The notes beneath the pieces were generated by a model. That model made no database searches. It was not told the origin of the DNA and was given only the letters and a program-made list of their open reading frames with translations. Positions 53,357 through 63,165 of a stretch of DNA of 64,000 nt are shown here, in pieces. Origin of the DNA: a bacterium BMS3Abin06 (GTDB lineage Bacteria; Nitrospirota; Thermodesulfovibrionia; UBA6902); the NCBI GenBank assembly GCA_002897895.1, contig BDSY01000041.1, forward strand, positions 36,276-100,275, written 5' to 3'. Both the position numbers and the translations under genes were made by a program. How positions within the stretch are numbered: position 1 is the stretch's first letter; every line of letters begins with the position of its first letter.

Positions 53357-53641
53357 ATGGAAAAGGGCAGGGTGCATTTAATAATATCCGGTTTTGTGCA
53401 GGGAGTCTTTTATCGCGCCGCTACGCGTGATACGGCCATGAGACTCGGTTTAAAGGGATGGGTCAGGAACCTGCCTGACGGTAATGTTGAAGCTGTTTTT
53501 GAAGGCCCGGTTGAAAAATTGAAACAAGCCGTAGCGTGGTGTCATCAGGGCCCTCCCGGTGCAAGAGTTACAAAAATTGATGAAAAATGGGATGAGTACA
53601 CCGGAGAATTCGATGGTTTTGATGTAAGGTATGGCTGGTAA
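53357..53641 (+). CDS. acyP: Acylphosphatase
   Basis: VQGVFYR, GWVRNLPDG, GPPGARV. Confidence 0.93.
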   Translation: MEKGRVHLIISGFVQGVFYRAATRDTAMRLGLKGWVRNLPDGNVEAVFEGPVEKLKQAVAWCHQGPPGARVTKIDEKWDEYTGEFDGFDVRYGW

Positions 53642-53781
53642 ATTACTTTAATAAATGATATGTATCTATCTGAATTATTATAATAATTACCCCGTTTGTG
53701 TTTTAATTTAATCCATTATCAAAAACTGTGATTTTAATTAATTTTATTGACATTGCCCTGTTTACGAGTAAATAATAACAG

Positions 53782-54741
53782 ATGCTTCAGACAGAGCAGG
53801 GAACACTCAATTCGGATCACGGAATAAATAGAGATTCAGCCCTTGCCTTATCTCATCGTAAAGGCGCTGAAATGTATGACCTCTTTGCATTAGCGAACAG
53901 AGTGAGGGAGAAGTTCCGGGGCAACAGCGTTGATCTATGTTCGATAATCAATGCCAAATCAGGCGCATGCCCTGAAGACTGCTCTTTTTGTGCACAGTCC
54001 GCACATAATAAAACAGATACAAATGTATATCCATTGTTAAGTAAAGAAAAAATCCTGGACGCTGCGGTTTCAGCAAAAAAAAATGGAGTTAAGCGCTTTT
54101 GCATAGTCACAAGCGGTAAAAAACCTTCCGGTAAAGAACTGGATGAAATATGTAATTTTATCTCTGAAATAAGAGACCTGGGGCTTTTGCCCTGCGCCAC
54201 TCTGGGCATGCTTGATACCGGACAGCTAAGGCAACTGAAAGATGCCGGCCTTAACAGATACCATCACAACCTTGAGACTTCAGAGCATTTTTTCAGTGAA
54301 ATCTGCACTACTCATACATACAGAGATAAAATCAAAACTATCGAAGCCGCCAAGTCGCTTGAACTGTCCATATGCAGCGGGGGAATATTCGGATTAGGGG
54401 AATCCTGGGAAGACCGCATTGATATGGCCTTTGCCTTAAAAGAAACAGGAGTTGACTCTGTCCCTCTTAATTTCTTTACTCCAATAAAAGGTACATTGTT
54501 TGGAAACCGGGAGCTCTTAAATCCCATAGAGGCTTTGAAGATTATAGCCCTTTACAGACTTGTTCTACCCGAATGCGAGGTCAGGGTCTGCGGTGGAAGA
54601 CCGGTGACTCTCCGGGACCTTCATTCTCATATTTTCCAGGCAGGGGCTGATGGGCTGTTAATCGGCAACTATCTTACAACAGACGGGAGAGATCCGGAGG
54701 ATGACCTGCAGATGATTAAAGATTTGGGGCTTGAGATATAA
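53782..54741 (+). CDS. bioB: Biotin synthase
   Basis: CPEDCSFCAQS, YHHNLET, ICSGGIFGLGE, GNYLTT. Confidence 0.95.
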   Translation: MLQTEQGTLNSDHGINRDSALALSHRKGAEMYDLFALANRVREKFRGNSVDLCSIINAKSGACPEDCSFCAQSAHNKTDTNVYPLLSKEKILDAAVSAKKNGVKRFCIVTSGKKPSGKELDEICNFISEIRDLGLLPCATLGMLDTGQLRQLKDAGLNRYHHNLETSEHFFSEICTTHTYRDKIKTIEAAKSLELSICSGGIFGLGESWEDRIDMAFALKETGVDSVPLNFFTPIKGTLFGNRELLNPIEALKIIALYRLVLPECEVRVCGGRPVTLRDLHSHIFQAGADGLLIGNYLTTDGRDPEDDLQMIKDLGLEI

Positions 54742-55541
54742 TGTCCCGGTTCCGGTATTACAGCATAAGGATGAGATCGGCAAAAAGCGGGGTTCATGTA
54801 TCCGGCGCCGAAGGCATTTATGATAAAAATGATATCTTTAATATAGTTAAAGAGTATACTCAGAGGGCCCTGATTCATGAAAAGGGCAGGGCGGATGAAA
54901 TACGCCTTACAGTAGAGGAATTAAAGGAAAAGCCAAAAAAGATATCTTCACTTCCGCTTTGCACCCTGAATACGAAAAATTCCGAGGCCGCAAAAAAGGC
55001 CGCCCTGAAAATCCTCTCATCCACAGGCATAACCGGGAGGGCCATAGAGGAGGCGTTTAAGGCCCTTGAAGTCGGCATTGCAATGAGGGGGGCGATGTTA
55101 ATGGACATAGAAGGTGTCAGGCTTGAGCCTGATCTTTTGCGCGGTGTCAGAGTAACACGAATGGGGATAGCCAAAAAGGCGGCAACAGACCTTTCGAGGA
55201 AACTGGGGCGACTCGGCCTTAATAATAATACTGTCAAAGAGGCCCTTATCCTGGCCGGCAAGGTTCATAAGTATCGCATGGTTTTGGGAGAACTCTGCAT
55301 ATCTGATGACCCGAATTACACAACAGGGTATGTAGCTACACGTGCTCACGGTTACGTCCGGCTTCCCCGCATCAAAAAAAGGGGGATACCGTATGGGGGC
55401 AGGGCTTTTTTTATTACAGGCGGAGAGGTAAAAGAACTTATTAAATATCTCCAGAGGACACCTGTTTTAATTAATAATATTAAGCCCTGCAAGGGTATAG
55501 TGACTTTAAAGGAAATCCTTGAACGCAAGCCTCGTCGTTAA
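54741..55541 (+). CDS. bioW: 6-carboxyhexanoate--CoA ligase
   Basis: YSIRMRS..HVSGAE, RGVRV, ELCISDDPNYTTGY, GGRAFF. Confidence 0.92.
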   Translation: MSRFRYYSIRMRSAKSGVHVSGAEGIYDKNDIFNIVKEYTQRALIHEKGRADEIRLTVEELKEKPKKISSLPLCTLNTKNSEAAKKAALKILSSTGITGRAIEEAFKALEVGIAMRGAMLMDIEGVRLEPDLLRGVRVTRMGIAKKAATDLSRKLGRLGLNNNTVKEALILAGKVHKYRMVLGELCISDDPNYTTGYVATRAHGYVRLPRIKKRGIPYGGRAFFITGGEVKELIKYLQRTPVLINNIKPCKGIVTLKEILERKPRR

Positions 55542-56067
55542 TTTTAAAAAACTGAAGCATTATCCGGTAACAATAATTGTTCTCTTTATTTTTTTTATTC
55601 TGAACAATTCAGTGCAAGCTGAAAATTTTCTTTCAACCAATATTCAGGCCGATTATATGCTTCTTGAAAAATCCTCAAAACGTCTGACCTTATTTTCTGA
55701 TGAAAAGGTTTTAAAAAGTTACAGGGTCGCTCTCGGCCGGAATCCGGAAGGACCAAAACTTGTAAAAGGCGACAAGCGGACCCCCGAAGGCCGCTATATT
55801 ATCGACTCCCGCAATCCTGACAGCAAGTATCATTTGTCATTACATATTTCTTATCCAAATGAGATCGACCGCGAAATAGCCGGTATCGCAGGGGTGTCAT
55901 CCGGCGGGAACATAATGATTCACGGGATTGGAGATGAATATGCCTGGATGGGTAAATTCCACGCGGTGTTAAACTGGACCGATGGATGTATTGCCGTAAC
56001 AAATGAGGAAATTGAAGAAATCTGGCGGCTTGTGCCGGACGGCACAGCAATAGAAATCCGCCCTTAG
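55519..56067 (+). CDS. L,D-transpeptidase family protein
   Basis: GDKRTPEG, SLHISYPN, IMIHG...WTDGCIA. Confidence 0.88.
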   Translation: MNASLVVNFKKLKHYPVTIIVLFIFFILNNSVQAENFLSTNIQADYMLLEKSSKRLTLFSDEKVLKSYRVALGRNPEGPKLVKGDKRTPEGRYIIDSRNPDSKYHLSLHISYPNEIDREIAGIAGVSSGGNIMIHGIGDEYAWMGKFHAVLNWTDGCIAVTNEEIEEIWRLVPDGTAIEIRP

Positions 56068-56329
56068 TCCCCGGTCTGAAAACAGGGCTGCATTTTATAT
56101 TGAACCCTTAATACAGGCCATTCTTTGGCAAAATAAAGTGCATGAAGATTTTTAAAAATTAACAAATTAATTATTGACTTTTGATACAAAAGATGCCATT
56201 ATACTTGGGAAGTTTTAGAAGTTTTTGTAAGCAGTGCAGAGTGGCCGCAAAGACTTTTAGCTTTGCGGCTTTTTTTAATAGAGCAAGGTCATTTTAGACT
56301 TTAGTATTTTATCAAGGAGGTAAAAGGTT

Positions 56330-56530
56330 TTGGCTGAAGGAAAAGTAAAATGGTTCAATGAATCCAAAGGATACGGCTTTATCACTTCAGAAGACGGCAA
56401 AGATGTGTTTGTTCACTATTCTTCAATCCAGGGCAATGGATTTAAGACCCTTACCGAAGGTGATGCAGTCAGCTTTGATATTGAACAAGGCCCGAAAGGC
56501 CCGAAAGCGATTAATGTTGTTAAAGTTTAA
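56330..56530 (+). CDS. cspA: Cold-shock protein
   Basis: [19 protein letters not shown]; AGGAGG RBS, TTG start. Confidence 0.95.
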   Translation: MAEGKVKWFNESKGYGFITSEDGKDVFVHYSSIQGNGFKTLTEGDAVSFDIEQGPKGPKAINVVKV

Positions 56531-56553
56531 TTGCCGTTTTTAAAGATTTAAAT

Positions 56554-56585
56554 AAAAATCCCTCTGCTTTGTCAGAGGGATTTTT
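56554..56585 (+). terminator. Intrinsic terminator after cspA
   Basis: AAAAATCCCTCTG-CTTTGT-CAGAGGGATTTTT. Confidence 0.85.
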
Positions 56586-56641
56586 ATCAGGATAAATAAC
56601 CTCTATTCTCCTTGACAGCAGTAAAGTGTGCATTGTATATC

Positions 56642-56670
56642 TTGACAAAGATTCGAATTTTCTTTAACAT
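56642..56670 (+). promoter_or_regulatory. Sigma70 promoter upstream of tRNA-Val/thrS
   Basis: TTGACA-17 nt-TAACAT. Confidence 0.55.
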
Positions 56671-56710
56671 TTTCAATGTCATAAAATATTTTTTTGAAAT
56701 TGATTTATCA

Positions 56711-56785
56711 AGGCGCGTAGCTCAGGGGGAGAGCGCTTCCCTGACACGGAAGAGGTCGGCGGTTCGATACCGCCCGTGCCTACCA
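56711..56785 (+). tRNA. tRNA-Val(GAC)
   Basis: Cloverleaf: AGGCGCG/CGTGCCT acceptor, CTTCC-CTGACAC-GGAAG anticodon arm, GGTTCGA T-loop, encoded CCA. Confidence 0.95.
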
Positions 56786-56891
56786 TTAAGTGCGTCAGGA
56801 ATTATGTAGTTTATCGTTTGGAAATAAGGCTAAATTATTTTCTTAACTCTTAACTCTTAACTCCAAACTCTATAAACAGGGAGGTATCAGT

Positions 56892-58634
56892 ATTAAAGAA
56901 TCATCTGAAAACGATAAAGAATTTCTTGAAATCTATCGTCACAGCACCTCCCATATCATGGCTCATGCAGTTAAAGAGCTTTTCCCCAACACAAGGCTTG
57001 CCATTGGTCCTGCTATTGCCGACGGGTTTTATTATGACCTGGATTGCGATCAGAGTATCACCCTGGACGACCTGCCGAAAATCGAAAAGAAAATGAAAGA
57101 AATTATAAAGGCCAAAAGGCTGTTTGTGAGGAAAGAACTTTCCCGGGATGAAGCTATAAAGTTTTTTCAGGAAATGGGCGAAATTTATAAAGTAGCACTC
57201 TTGAACGAGATAGAAGATGAAACAGTGACTGTCTATGAAGAGGGCGATTTCACGGACCTCTGCCGCGGCCCGCACCTTGAATCTACCGGAAAGGTCAAGG
57301 CATTCAAACTCCTGTCTGTGGCAGGAGCCTACTGGAGAGGGGATGAAAAGAACAAGATGCTTCAGCGCATTTACGGCACTGCATTCCCGACAAAGGAGGC
57401 GCTGAAAAAGCATCTTGATTTTCTGGAGGAAGTAAAGAAAAGAGACCACAGGCGTCTGGGAAAAGAACTTGATCTTTTCAGTTTAAATGAAGAGATCGGC
57501 CCCGGACTCGTGCTGTGGCATCCGCGCGGCGCAGCAATCAGAAGGGTAATAGAAAATTTCTGGCTTGATGAACATTTTAAGGCCGGTTACCAGATACTCT
57601 ACACCCCTCATATGGCAAAACTGGATCTGTGGAAAAAAACAGGGCACCTGGATTTCTATAAAGAAAATATGTATTCGCCCATGGAAATAGAAGGGCTCGA
57701 ATATGAAATAAAACCCATGAACTGCCCGTTTCATGTATCCATTTTCAAAAGCCGTCTGAGAAGTTACAGGGAATTGCCCGTACGCTTTGCTGAACTGGGA
57801 ACTGTTTACAGGTATGAACGTTCCGGCGTTCTTCACGGTTTGATGAGAGTAAGGGGTTTTACGCAGGATGACGCTCATATTTTTTGCAGGGAAGACCAGA
57901 TTGAAGATGAAGTTTTAAGGGTGCTGGACTTCACCCTGTTTATTCTGAAGACATTCGGCTTTGATGAATACGATATATACCTCTCAACAAGGCCGGATAA
58001 ATACGTAGGAACCGAAGAGGGCTGGAAAAAGGCAACGGATGCATTGGAAAAAGCGCTGTCGCACAAAGCCCTGAAATATGAAATTGACCCCGGCGAGGGT
58101 GTATTCTATGGACCGAAGATCGATATCAAGGTAAGGGATTCCCTTGGTCGTCAGTGGCAGTGCAGCACAATACAGGTGGATTTTAATATTCCGGACAGGC
58201 TGGACATTAAATACAGGGGGGCGGACAGCCGGGACTACAGGCCCATAATGATACACCGCGCACTTATGGGATCCTTAGAGAGATTCTTCGGCGTATTAAC
58301 AGAACACTATGCCGGCGCTTTCCCGCTCTGGCTCGCTCCGGTGCAGGTTTCGGTATTGAGCATTGCTGAAAGACATGCAGATTATTGTAAAGGAATATCA
58401 GATGCCCTTCTTAAAGAAGGGATAAGGGCTGATATAGATGCGGACAATGAAAAAATCGGCTATAAAATAAGGAAAGCCGCTATGTTAAAAACACCCTATA
58501 TGTGTATAATAGGTGACAAAGAAACGGAAAATAATACCGTAAATATCAGGAAGAGGAATGGAGAAAGCATCGCGGAAATGACTATTGAAGAACTGATAGT
58601 TTTTCTCAAAGATGAGATTATAAATAGGAGGTAG
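56892..58634 (+). CDS. thrS: Threonine--tRNA ligase (no TGS domain; non-canonical ATT start)
   Basis: The conserved YRHSTSH lies upstream of the track ATG; GGAGG sits 7 nt before ATT 56892; DLCRGPH, KPMNCP, FYGPKID. Confidence 0.95.
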   Translation: MKESSENDKEFLEIYRHSTSHIMAHAVKELFPNTRLAIGPAIADGFYYDLDCDQSITLDDLPKIEKKMKEIIKAKRLFVRKELSRDEAIKFFQEMGEIYKVALLNEIEDETVTVYEEGDFTDLCRGPHLESTGKVKAFKLLSVAGAYWRGDEKNKMLQRIYGTAFPTKEALKKHLDFLEEVKKRDHRRLGKELDLFSLNEEIGPGLVLWHPRGAAIRRVIENFWLDEHFKAGYQILYTPHMAKLDLWKKTGHLDFYKENMYSPMEIEGLEYEIKPMNCPFHVSIFKSRLRSYRELPVRFAELGTVYRYERSGVLHGLMRVRGFTQDDAHIFCREDQIEDEVLRVLDFTLFILKTFGFDEYDIYLSTRPDKYVGTEEGWKKATDALEKALSHKALKYEIDPGEGVFYGPKIDIKVRDSLGRQWQCSTIQVDFNIPDRLDIKYRGADSRDYRPIMIHRALMGSLERFFGVLTEHYAGAFPLWLAPVQVSVLSIAERHADYCKGISDALLKEGIRADIDADNEKIGYKIRKAAMLKTPYMCIIGDKETENNTVNIRKRNGESIAEMTIEELIVFLKDEIINRR

Positions 58635-58636
58635 TT

Positions 58637-59134
58637 ATAAGTAAAGGGTTAAGAATAAACAGGTGGATCAGGGCAAAAGAAGTAAGAGTAATAGACGACG
58701 ACGGTAAACAGTTAGGCATTATGGAGTTGTTTAGTGCCAGGAAGCTTGCTGTAGATAAGGACCTGGATCTTGTTGAGGTGGCTCCCGATGCGCGGCCCCC
58801 TGTCTGCAAGGTAATGGATTACGGCAAATACCGTTACCAGCAGGCAAAAAAACATTCAGCAAAGCATAAAACAATAACAGTAAAAGAGGTGAAAGTACGG
58901 CCTCAGATTAATGAACACGATTTACTTTTTAAAATGAAAAATGCCAGAAAATTTCTGGAACACGGGCATAAAGTAAAGATAACGATGTTCTTCAGGGGAA
59001 GAGAGATAGTTCATAAATCACTTGGCCAGAAGGTGTTGGACCGGGTTGTTAAGGACCTGTCGGAAACTGCAAACGTCGAACAGTTTCCGAGAATGGAAGG
59101 CAACCGCATGATAATGGTTCTTGCACCAAAATAA
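58637..59134 (+). CDS. infC: Translation initiation factor IF-3 (ATA start)
   Basis: GGAGG RBS then ATA-SKGLRINRWIRAKEVRVID, in frame with the track ORF; PPVCKVMDYGKY. Confidence 0.95.
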   Translation: MSKGLRINRWIRAKEVRVIDDDGKQLGIMELFSARKLAVDKDLDLVEVAPDARPPVCKVMDYGKYRYQQAKKHSAKHKTITVKEVKVRPQINEHDLLFKMKNARKFLEHGHKVKITMFFRGREIVHKSLGQKVLDRVVKDLSETANVEQFPRMEGNRMIMVLAPK

Positions 59135-59172
59135 GCGGGAAATGAGTTATACGGGAGGAGGAATAAATTAAA

Positions 59173-59367
59173 ATGCCGAAGTTAAAAACACATAGAGGCG
59201 CTGCAAAGAGGTTTAAAAAAACCGGAACAGGGAAGTTTAAGAGAAACAAGGCTTACATGAGCCATCTCCTGACCCATAAGTCATCGAAGAGAACAAAGCT
59301 GCTCAGGAAAAGTGGATTGGTTGATAAAACAAATGTAGACAGTGTCAGAAAAATGCTCCCTAATTAG
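59173..59367 (+). CDS. rpmI: 50S ribosomal protein L35
   Basis: [21 protein letters not shown]. Confidence 0.97.
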   Translation: MPKLKTHRGAAKRFKKTGTGKFKRNKAYMSHLLTHKSSKRTKLLRKSGLVDKTNVDSVRKMLPN

Positions 59368-59510
59368 AGCCTGTTTATAAATTGCCGTTTTTTGTTTTTG
59401 TCATACCCGAAGTCTTTAATCGGGTATCCAGAAGTCTTTAAAAAACTGGATTCCCGCCCAACAGACCGCGGGAATGACCGCTCATTTCTTGAGTTTATGG
59501 ACAGACTCTG
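59365..59510. mobile_element. MITE-like element, family A copy 2, between rpmI and rplT
   Basis: TAGAGCCTGTTTATAAA / TTTATGGACAGACTCT termini; internal similarity to 8864-9010. Confidence 0.75.
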
Positions 59511-59632
59511 ATTAAACCATAATCTGTAACTATCTGCACGGATTTTGCAATCTTCCGGATATTCCAAAAACTATAAATATACTGTATAATTACTATTTGT
59601 TTAACACGAATAATCTCAGGAGGTAAATATAA

Positions 59633-59992
59633 ATGCCGAGAGCAAGAGGTGGATTCAAGACCAGGAGAAGAAGGAAAAAAATCCTTAAGATGGCAAAGGG
59701 CTACTATAGCGCCAGAAGCCGTCTTTATAAAGTTGCAGCACAAGCTGTTGACAGGGCCCTGTTAAATGCCTACAGGGACAGAAGGGCTAAAAAGAGAGAA
59801 TTCAGGTCACTCTGGATTATCAGGATCAATGCTGCAGTAAGGGCATTGGGCATGACATACAGCCAGTTCATGAATAAACTCAAAAACATGAATATTCAAT
59901 TGAACAGAAAAGCGCTGGCCGATCTTGCATTCAATGATCCAAAGGCTTTTGATAACCTCGTCGAAATGGTCAAAAAAGGGAATGCTCAATGA
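59633..59992 (+). CDS. rplT: 50S ribosomal protein L20
   Basis: [27 protein letters not shown]. Confidence 0.97.
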   Translation: MPRARGGFKTRRRRKKILKMAKGYYSARSRLYKVAAQAVDRALLNAYRDRRAKKREFRSLWIIRINAAVRALGMTYSQFMNKLKNMNIQLNRKALADLAFNDPKAFDNLVEMVKKGNAQ

Positions 59993-60998
59993 CATTGAAT
60001 CCATAAAGAACCTCGCCCGGGATGAAATCAGCAATGCCCGGTGCCTCCAGGATATATATGACCTCAAAGTAAAATACTTAGGCAAAAAAGGGTTGCTTAC
60101 CGGAAAGTTAAAATCCCTGGGCTCCATTCCCAGGGAGGAGAGACCCGCGTTCGGCCGCATCCTGAATGAATCCAAGAATTTTATTGAATCACTGCTCAGG
60201 AAGCAGGAAGATATATTCAAGTCCTCTGAATTAGACAAATCCCTCCGTACCGAACAAATTGACGTAACAGTGCCGGGATGTTTTATCCCGACCGGACACC
60301 TGCATCCCATAACTCAGGTTCTTGATGAAATAAGCGGTATATTCATTTCCCTGGGTTTTACTGTTGAAGAAGGACCTGAAGTGGAACTCGATTATTATAA
60401 CTTTGAGGCCCTGAATTTCCCGAAGGATCATCCTGCAAGGGATATGCAGGATACCTTTTTCATCAGTGACGATGTAGTCCTGAGAACTCATACATCATCC
60501 GTTCAGGTCCGGGTTATGGAGAAAAGTTCGCCTCCGCTTCGGGTCATTGCTCCGGGCAAGGTATACAGGTGCGATGCGGATGTCAGTCATATCCCGATGT
60601 TTCATCAACTGGAGGGATTTATGGTTGACAGACATATTCACTTCAGCGACCTCAAGGGTGTTCTGGAACTGTTCATTCACAGGGTCTTCGGCCGGGATAC
60701 ATCCCTCAGGTTCAGACCGAGCTTTTTCCCTTTTACCGAGCCAAGCGCTGAGATTGATATTTCCTGTGTCATATGTAATGGCTCCGGGTGCAACGTGTGC
60801 GGGGGCACCGGATGGATAGAGATTCTCGGCGCCGGCATGATTAACCCCCGGGTATATGAAAAGGCAGGATATGATCCGGAACTTTATACTGGTTTTGCTT
60901 TCGGACTCGGGATAGAACGTGTGGCAATGCTCAAATACGGCATCGATGATATAAGACTCTTCCCTGAGAACGATAAACGTTTTCTTGAACAATTTTGA
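59982..60998 (+). CDS. pheS: Phenylalanine--tRNA ligase alpha subunit
   Basis: [33 protein letters not shown]. Confidence 0.96.
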   Translation: MLNDIESIKNLARDEISNARCLQDIYDLKVKYLGKKGLLTGKLKSLGSIPREERPAFGRILNESKNFIESLLRKQEDIFKSSELDKSLRTEQIDVTVPGCFIPTGHLHPITQVLDEISGIFISLGFTVEEGPEVELDYYNFEALNFPKDHPARDMQDTFFISDDVVLRTHTSSVQVRVMEKSSPPLRVIAPGKVYRCDADVSHIPMFHQLEGFMVDRHIHFSDLKGVLELFIHRVFGRDTSLRFRPSFFPFTEPSAEIDISCVICNGSGCNVCGGTGWIEILGAGMINPRVYEKAGYDPELYTGFAFGLGIERVAMLKYGIDDIRLFPENDKRFLEQF

Positions 60999-61002
60999 TA
61001 AA

Positions 61003-61069
61003 GCTGTCAGCAGTCAGCTTTTAGCCGTCAGTCTTTGAAAAGAGCTGAACGCTGACTGCTGATAGCTGA
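61003..61069. repeat. Inverted heptamer repeat arms between pheS and pheT
   Basis: GCTGTCA GCAGTCA GCTTTTA GCCGTCA ... GCTGAAC GCTGACT GCTGATA GCTGA. Confidence 0.75.
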
Positions 61070-61084
61070 GTGCTATTTTTAACA

Positions 61085-63139
61085 ATGAAAGCATCTTACA
61101 TTTGGCTTAAAGAATTTGTCGATTTTAACCTGTTGCCTGAAGAACTGTCTCATACATTGACAATGGCCGGCCTTGAGGTTGAAGCAATTGAAGAAGTCGA
61201 AGAAGATACTATATTTGATATCGGTATTACACCCAACAGGCCTGACTGTTTAAGTATCAGGGGGATCGCCCGTGAAATATCAGCTGTTCTGGAAATTCCA
61301 TCCAAAGATATCTCAGCAGGAGTTGAGAAGGAGGAAGGCGAGGGGCCTGTTGTTGAGATTGAAAATTCCGGGCTCTGTCCGCGTTATTCCTCAAGGATCA
61401 TAACAGGCGTAAAATCCGGGCCTTCTCCTGAATGGCTCTCAAAACGACTTGAATCCTGCGGCATCAGGGCAACATCCAATATTGTAGATATCACCAATTA
61501 CGTCCTGCTCGAACTCGGTCAGCCCATGCATGCCTTTGACCTCGACAAGCTTTCAGGAAAGAAGATAGTGGTCAGGCAGGCGGGAGCCGTGAACAAATTC
61601 AGGACACTTGATGACGAAGAGAGAGATTTGTCTAAAGAGACGCTGCTGATATGGGATGCAGAAAAGCCTGTTGCAATTGCAGGTGTTATGGGGGGCCGGA
61701 ATACCGAGGTTTCTGAATCAACACTCAATATACTGCTTGAAAGCGCTTATTTTAACCCCTCTTCAGTCAGAAGAACATCCAGGTCACTTAACCTTTCCAC
61801 AGAATCATCATACAGATTTGAAAGAGGGGTTGATATTGAGGCTGTAACTCTTGCGCTTGACAGGGCAGCGCAGATGATTGCGGAGATAGCAGGCGGCCGG
61901 GTCACAAAAATTACCGACAAGTATCCCGGGCCCTTTGAGCCGAAAAAGATAAGTGTTTCATTTAAAAAAATCTGCTCTGTTATCGGGGTCGATATAAGTG
62001 AGTCTTTTGTCGAAAAGAGATTGCGCAATCTCGGATTCCGGGTCGAAAGGGAAGGGGAGGGCATTGTTGCGATTCCGCCGGCATACAGAAATGATGTTGA
62101 AAGGGATGTTGACATCATTGAAGAAGTGGCCAGGCTTTACGGATACGATAATATACCTTCTACTATGCCCTTTATGCAAATGAGCTCTCCACCTGAGCAT
62201 AAGAGACAGGAACTTGTTAAAATCCTGAAAAACTCCATGACTAAGTCAGGCTTTTCAGAAGTGATCAACTTCAGTTTCCTGAATCCTGATGCACTCGAAA
62301 AATTGAATTTGCCCTCCGAAGACAGAAGAAGGAATCTCGTCTATATTAAAAATCCTCTGAGAAAAGAGGAGTCGGCAATGAGAACGACACTTATACCTTC
62401 CTTGTTGAATAACGTCAGCATGAATCTGAAACGCGGGGAAAAAATGCTTCGTTTTTTCGAGGTGTCGCGTGTATTTCTGTCTTCGGGTCAAAAACTTCCT
62501 GACGAGATTACCCAGCTTGCAGCTATTTACCATAAAGATATGAGCGTTTCAATCTGGCAGGATAAACATGACGGATTCTACAATTTAAAGGGCGCCCTGG
62601 AGAATCTCTTTATGGAGTTGAAAATAAAAGAGTATTCTTTTGAGCGGGATACATCATCAGTTGAACCGTATCTCCATCCGGGCAAATCATGCTCGATTAC
62701 TATTAACAGCCAAAAAGCAGGTTCACTCGGTACACTGCATCCGGGTGTTGCCGATGCATTCGACATTAAGGGGAATGTAATTTTACTTGAAATCCATGAT
62801 ATAGAAAAAATCCAAATGGCCCTACCTGGCAAAACAACTTATGTTTCTTTACCTATGTATCCCTATGTTGAAAGAGATATAGCCATAATAGTATCAAAAG
62901 ATATAACAGTTGAACAGGCAAAAAAGATCATCCAGGGTATTGATTCAGATATAATTGAATCAATTACATTGTTCGACATATACACAGGAAAACCCATCCC
63001 GGATGACAAAAAGAGCCTTGCCTTTTCCATCCGTTACAGGTCTGCTGAGAAAACCCTTACTGACAGTGAAGTAGATGCTGTTCACTCAAGGATATTAAAA
63101 AGGCTCGAAGCTCAACTTAAGGCAGAGCTGCGAAGCTGA
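61085..63139 (+). CDS. pheT: Phenylalanine--tRNA ligase beta subunit (lacks B2 domain)
   Basis: ITPNRPDCLS, GQPMHAFD, RFERGVD, DIIEEVARLYGY, C-terminal FDX-ACB. Confidence 0.95.
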   Translation: MKASYIWLKEFVDFNLLPEELSHTLTMAGLEVEAIEEVEEDTIFDIGITPNRPDCLSIRGIAREISAVLEIPSKDISAGVEKEEGEGPVVEIENSGLCPRYSSRIITGVKSGPSPEWLSKRLESCGIRATSNIVDITNYVLLELGQPMHAFDLDKLSGKKIVVRQAGAVNKFRTLDDEERDLSKETLLIWDAEKPVAIAGVMGGRNTEVSESTLNILLESAYFNPSSVRRTSRSLNLSTESSYRFERGVDIEAVTLALDRAAQMIAEIAGGRVTKITDKYPGPFEPKKISVSFKKICSVIGVDISESFVEKRLRNLGFRVEREGEGIVAIPPAYRNDVERDVDIIEEVARLYGYDNIPSTMPFMQMSSPPEHKRQELVKILKNSMTKSGFSEVINFSFLNPDALEKLNLPSEDRRRNLVYIKNPLRKEESAMRTTLIPSLLNNVSMNLKRGEKMLRFFEVSRVFLSSGQKLPDEITQLAAIYHKDMSVSIWQDKHDGFYNLKGALENLFMELKIKEYSFERDTSSVEPYLHPGKSCSITINSQKAGSLGTLHPGVADAFDIKGNVILLEIHDIEKIQMALPGKTTYVSLPMYPYVERDIAIIVSKDITVEQAKKIIQGIDSDIIESITLFDIYTGKPIPDDKKSLAFSIRYRSAEKTLTDSEVDAVHSRILKRLEAQLKAELRS

Positions 63140-63165
63140 AAAAAATAAATCCGGCAGATTCAGTA

